DNA of 64,000 nt from Solirubrobacterales bacterium (GTDB lineage: Bacteria; Actinomycetota; Thermoleophilia; Solirubrobacterales; 70-9): the NCBI GenBank assembly GCA_035502775.1, contig DATJUB010000043.1, forward strand, positions 747 to 64,746, written 5' to 3'. The stretch's first letter is position 1. Each line of letters opens with the position of its first letter. The translations under genes were made by a program, and so were the position numbers. Shown here in pieces: positions 61,873-64,000 of the stretch. The notes below the pieces were generated by a model that had not been told where the DNA came from, ran no database searches, and saw only the letters and a program-made list of their open reading frames with translations.

Positions 61873-62679
61873 ATGCCCAAGCCTCCGAAGTCCCCGCAGG
61901 TGATCTCGAAAAAGAAGTACGAGAAGGTGCTGCTCGACCTTCAGATCGAGCTGGTGAAGCTGCAGGAATGGATCGCCGCGTCGGGGACGCGGGTCGCGGT
62001 GATCTTCGAGGGCCGAGACACCGCCGGCAAGGGCGGCGTGATCAAGCGGATCACCGAGAAGACCAGCCCGCGGGTGTTCCGCACCGTCGCGCTCGGCACC
62101 CCGACCGACCGCGAAAAGACACAGTGGTATTTCCAGCGCTACGTGGCCCAGCTCCCGGCCGGCGGGGAGATGGTCCTGTTCGATCGCAGCTGGTACAACC
62201 GCGCCGGGGTCGAGAAGGTGATGGGTTTCTGCACCGAGGAGGAGTACTGGCAGTTCATGCGGGACGCGCCGATCTTCGAGCAGATGCTCCAGGAGTCCGG
62301 GATCATCCTGATCAAGTACTGGCTCTCGGTCTCCGACGAGGAGCAGGAGAAGCGCTTCAAGGCCCGCATGAACGATCCGGTCAAGCATTGGAAGCTGAGC
62401 CCGATGGATCTGGAGGCCCGGGCACGCTGGGTCGACTACGCCGAGGCGAAGGATCGGATGTTCGCCGCGACCGACCTCGACGGCACTCCCTGGAACGTGG
62501 TCGAGGCGGACAGCAAGAAGACCGCCCGCCTCAACCTGATCAGCCACCTGCTGGACCAGATCCCGTACGAGGACACCACCCAGGAGAAGATCGAACTGCC
62601 GCCGCGCCAGGAACGCGAGTACGAACGGACCCCGGCGGATCAGCAGCGGTTCGTTCCCACCCGCTACCTGGTCGAGTGA
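61873..62679 (+). CDS. ppk2: Polyphosphate kinase 2 (single-domain PPK2)
   Basis: The protein has the Walker A-like motif FEGRDTAGKGGVI, plus FDRSWYNRAGVE and KHWKLSPMD, all hallmarks of PPK2. Confidence 0.9.
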   Translation: MPKPPKSPQVISKKKYEKVLLDLQIELVKLQEWIAASGTRVAVIFEGRDTAGKGGVIKRITEKTSPRVFRTVALGTPTDREKTQWYFQRYVAQLPAGGEMVLFDRSWYNRAGVEKVMGFCTEEEYWQFMRDAPIFEQMLQESGIILIKYWLSVSDEEQEKRFKARMNDPVKHWKLSPMDLEARARWVDYAEAKDRMFAATDLDGTPWNVVEADSKKTARLNLISHLLDQIPYEDTTQEKIELPPRQEREYERTPADQQRFVPTRYLVE

Positions 62680-62928
62680 CACCGAGCGGGGACTTGAACC
62701 AGGCGAACGCGAGGGGATATCATTTTCGCCATTCCTCCGGCCGCCGCGAACAGCCCGCTCGTCCGCCTGGCGGCCCTCATCCTGACGGCGCTGCTCTGCC
62801 TGCTCGCGGCATCCACTGCCGAGGCCGCACCCACCGACCGCTTCACCCCGATCGCCGCCGAGGTCCAGGAGGATCCGCAGCCGGTTCTGGGCAGTGACGG
62901 CCTTCAGCACGTCGCCTATGAGCTGCTG

Positions 62929-63912
62929 GTGGTGAACCGGACCACCTCGACCGCGACGATCGACCGCATCCAGGTTCTCGGCGGGGGCCGGGTGGCCGCG
63001 TCACTTTCCGGCGACGCGCTGCGAGACGTCTCCGTTCCGTTCGGCGCCACCGCCGCGGGAGCGACCTTCAATCCGGGCCAGGCCGGGTTCGTGATGATGG
63101 ATGTGACCTTCAAGCGCAAGGCACGGAACCTTCCCCGGCGCCTCTCCCACCGCCTCTCGGTCACTCTCGACCCGGAAATCCCGTCGAACGTGAGGACCTA
63201 TCGGGCCGCGCCCACCCGGATCCTCACCCGGCCCGCGATCGTGGTCGAGCCGCCCCTGCGGGGCTCGAACTGGGTGGTCGGCAACGGCTGCTGCGGCGAG
63301 CTCACCTCACACCGCGCCGGGGTGCTGGGAATCGACGGCGGCCTCCACGCCGGCGAGCGCTTCGCGATCGATTTCGTCCAACTGACCGGCCAGGGCCTGC
63401 TCACCGACGGACCGATGAACGTGCTCTCCAATTACCCGTTCTTCGGCGACCGGGTCCACTCGGCCACCGGCGGCAGGGTGGTCGACGTGGTCAGGAACAT
63501 TCCCGAAACCCCCGCGCTCTCCCTGCCGCCGAATATCTCGGCGGCCGATTCGGGCGGCAACCAGGTCACGGTCCGGGTCGGGAAGGGCCGCTTCGCCTTC
63601 TACGCGCATCTCCAGCCGGGCAGCCCCCGGGTCAAGGTCGGTGACCGGGTGAGGCCCGGCCAGGTGCTCGGGCTGCTCGGCAACTCCGGCAACTCGAGCG
63701 CGCCGCACCTCCATTTCCAGCTGATGAACGGCAAGACGCCCCTGGCCTCCGACGGGGTCCCGTACCGCTTCGACCGCTACGGGCTCCAGGGCAGGGTGAG
63801 CAATTTCGGCGAGGTCTTCGAAGGCATACCCGCCCAGATCGCGCCGAGGCCGACCGGGCCCCGGCGCAACTCACTCAGTCTCAACGAGGAAATCGTCGAC
63901 TTCGGCGGCTGA
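62929..63912 (+). CDS. M23-family metallopeptidase (annotated from the first canonical start; the true N-terminus probably lies upstream, see findings)
   Basis: The C-terminal sequences are GDRVRPGQVLGLLGNSGNSSAPHLHFQL (HxH) and an upstream H...D. The frame is open back to 62698 and encodes a signal peptide there. Confidence 0.75.
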   Translation: MVNRTTSTATIDRIQVLGGGRVAASLSGDALRDVSVPFGATAAGATFNPGQAGFVMMDVTFKRKARNLPRRLSHRLSVTLDPEIPSNVRTYRAAPTRILTRPAIVVEPPLRGSNWVVGNGCCGELTSHRAGVLGIDGGLHAGERFAIDFVQLTGQGLLTDGPMNVLSNYPFFGDRVHSATGGRVVDVVRNIPETPALSLPPNISAADSGGNQVTVRVGKGRFAFYAHLQPGSPRVKVGDRVRPGQVLGLLGNSGNSSAPHLHFQLMNGKTPLASDGVPYRFDRYGLQGRVSNFGEVFEGIPAQIAPRPTGPRRNSLSLNEEIVDFGG

Positions 63913-63924
63913 CGCCGCCGGCCT

Positions 63925-64000
63925 ACGGCTGCTCGGTCGGCCTGATCAGGATCTCGTTCATCGAGACGTGGGCCGGCCTGGTCACCGCGTACTCGATCGT
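63925..64000 (-). CDS. 3' end of an SDR-family oxidoreductase gene (truncated by the window edge)
   Basis: The minus-strand translation is TIEYAVTRPAHVSMNEILIRPTEQP*. The ...NEI.IRPT.Q end is typical of classical SDR C-termini. Confidence 0.4.

Overview
This is a 64-kb stretch of a high-GC chromosome. My hand counts of 60-nt lines give about 65-73% GC, which looks Actinomycetota-like; that taxonomic call is inference from composition and gene content only. I call about 58 CDS and one tRNA (an initiator-type tRNA-Met). I found no rRNA, CRISPR array, transposase or integrase.

Most of the window is ordinary accessory and housekeeping content:
- A DEAD-box helicase, cobQ, a PAS-GGDEF-EAL protein and a beta-carbonic anhydrase.
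- Three MFS pumps and an MMPL transporter.
- A LAL/LuxR regulator, Fpg/Nei, and a NarL-type two-component system.
- Five TetR regulators and one ArsR regulator, most with recognisable palindromic operators.
- A zwf-like/aldose-epimerase/pfkB cluster and an acyl-CoA dehydrogenase/thiolase operon.
- Two Cys-type sulfatases, PPK2 and an M23 peptidase.

The items most worth a second look:
1. A 1.7-kb low-GC insert (20620-22305) encodes a very acidic 66-aa protein followed by a 445-aa protein. The larger protein has an N-terminal PD-(D/E)xK nuclease signature and an unassignable C-terminal 300 aa. I rate this the best candidate for an undescribed defence or toxin-immunity module.
2. At least six exported proteins, including a 1494-aa repeat adhesin, end in a similar Lys/Arg-rich beta-strand tail instead of an LPXTG or hydrophobic anchor.
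3. The histidine kinase is an internal tandem duplication whose first module has lost the phospho-accepting His.
4. A REP-like palindromic element occurs twice, and a perfect 47-bp AT-rich palindrome sits beside a TetR gene.
5. The initiator tRNA has G31:U39 in place of the third conserved G:C pair.
6. The M23 peptidase signal peptide is encoded upstream of any canonical start codon.
7. The zwf-like gene lacks the conserved Lys of the RIDHYLGKE motif.

All functional calls come from reading motifs in the supplied translations. No database searches were run.
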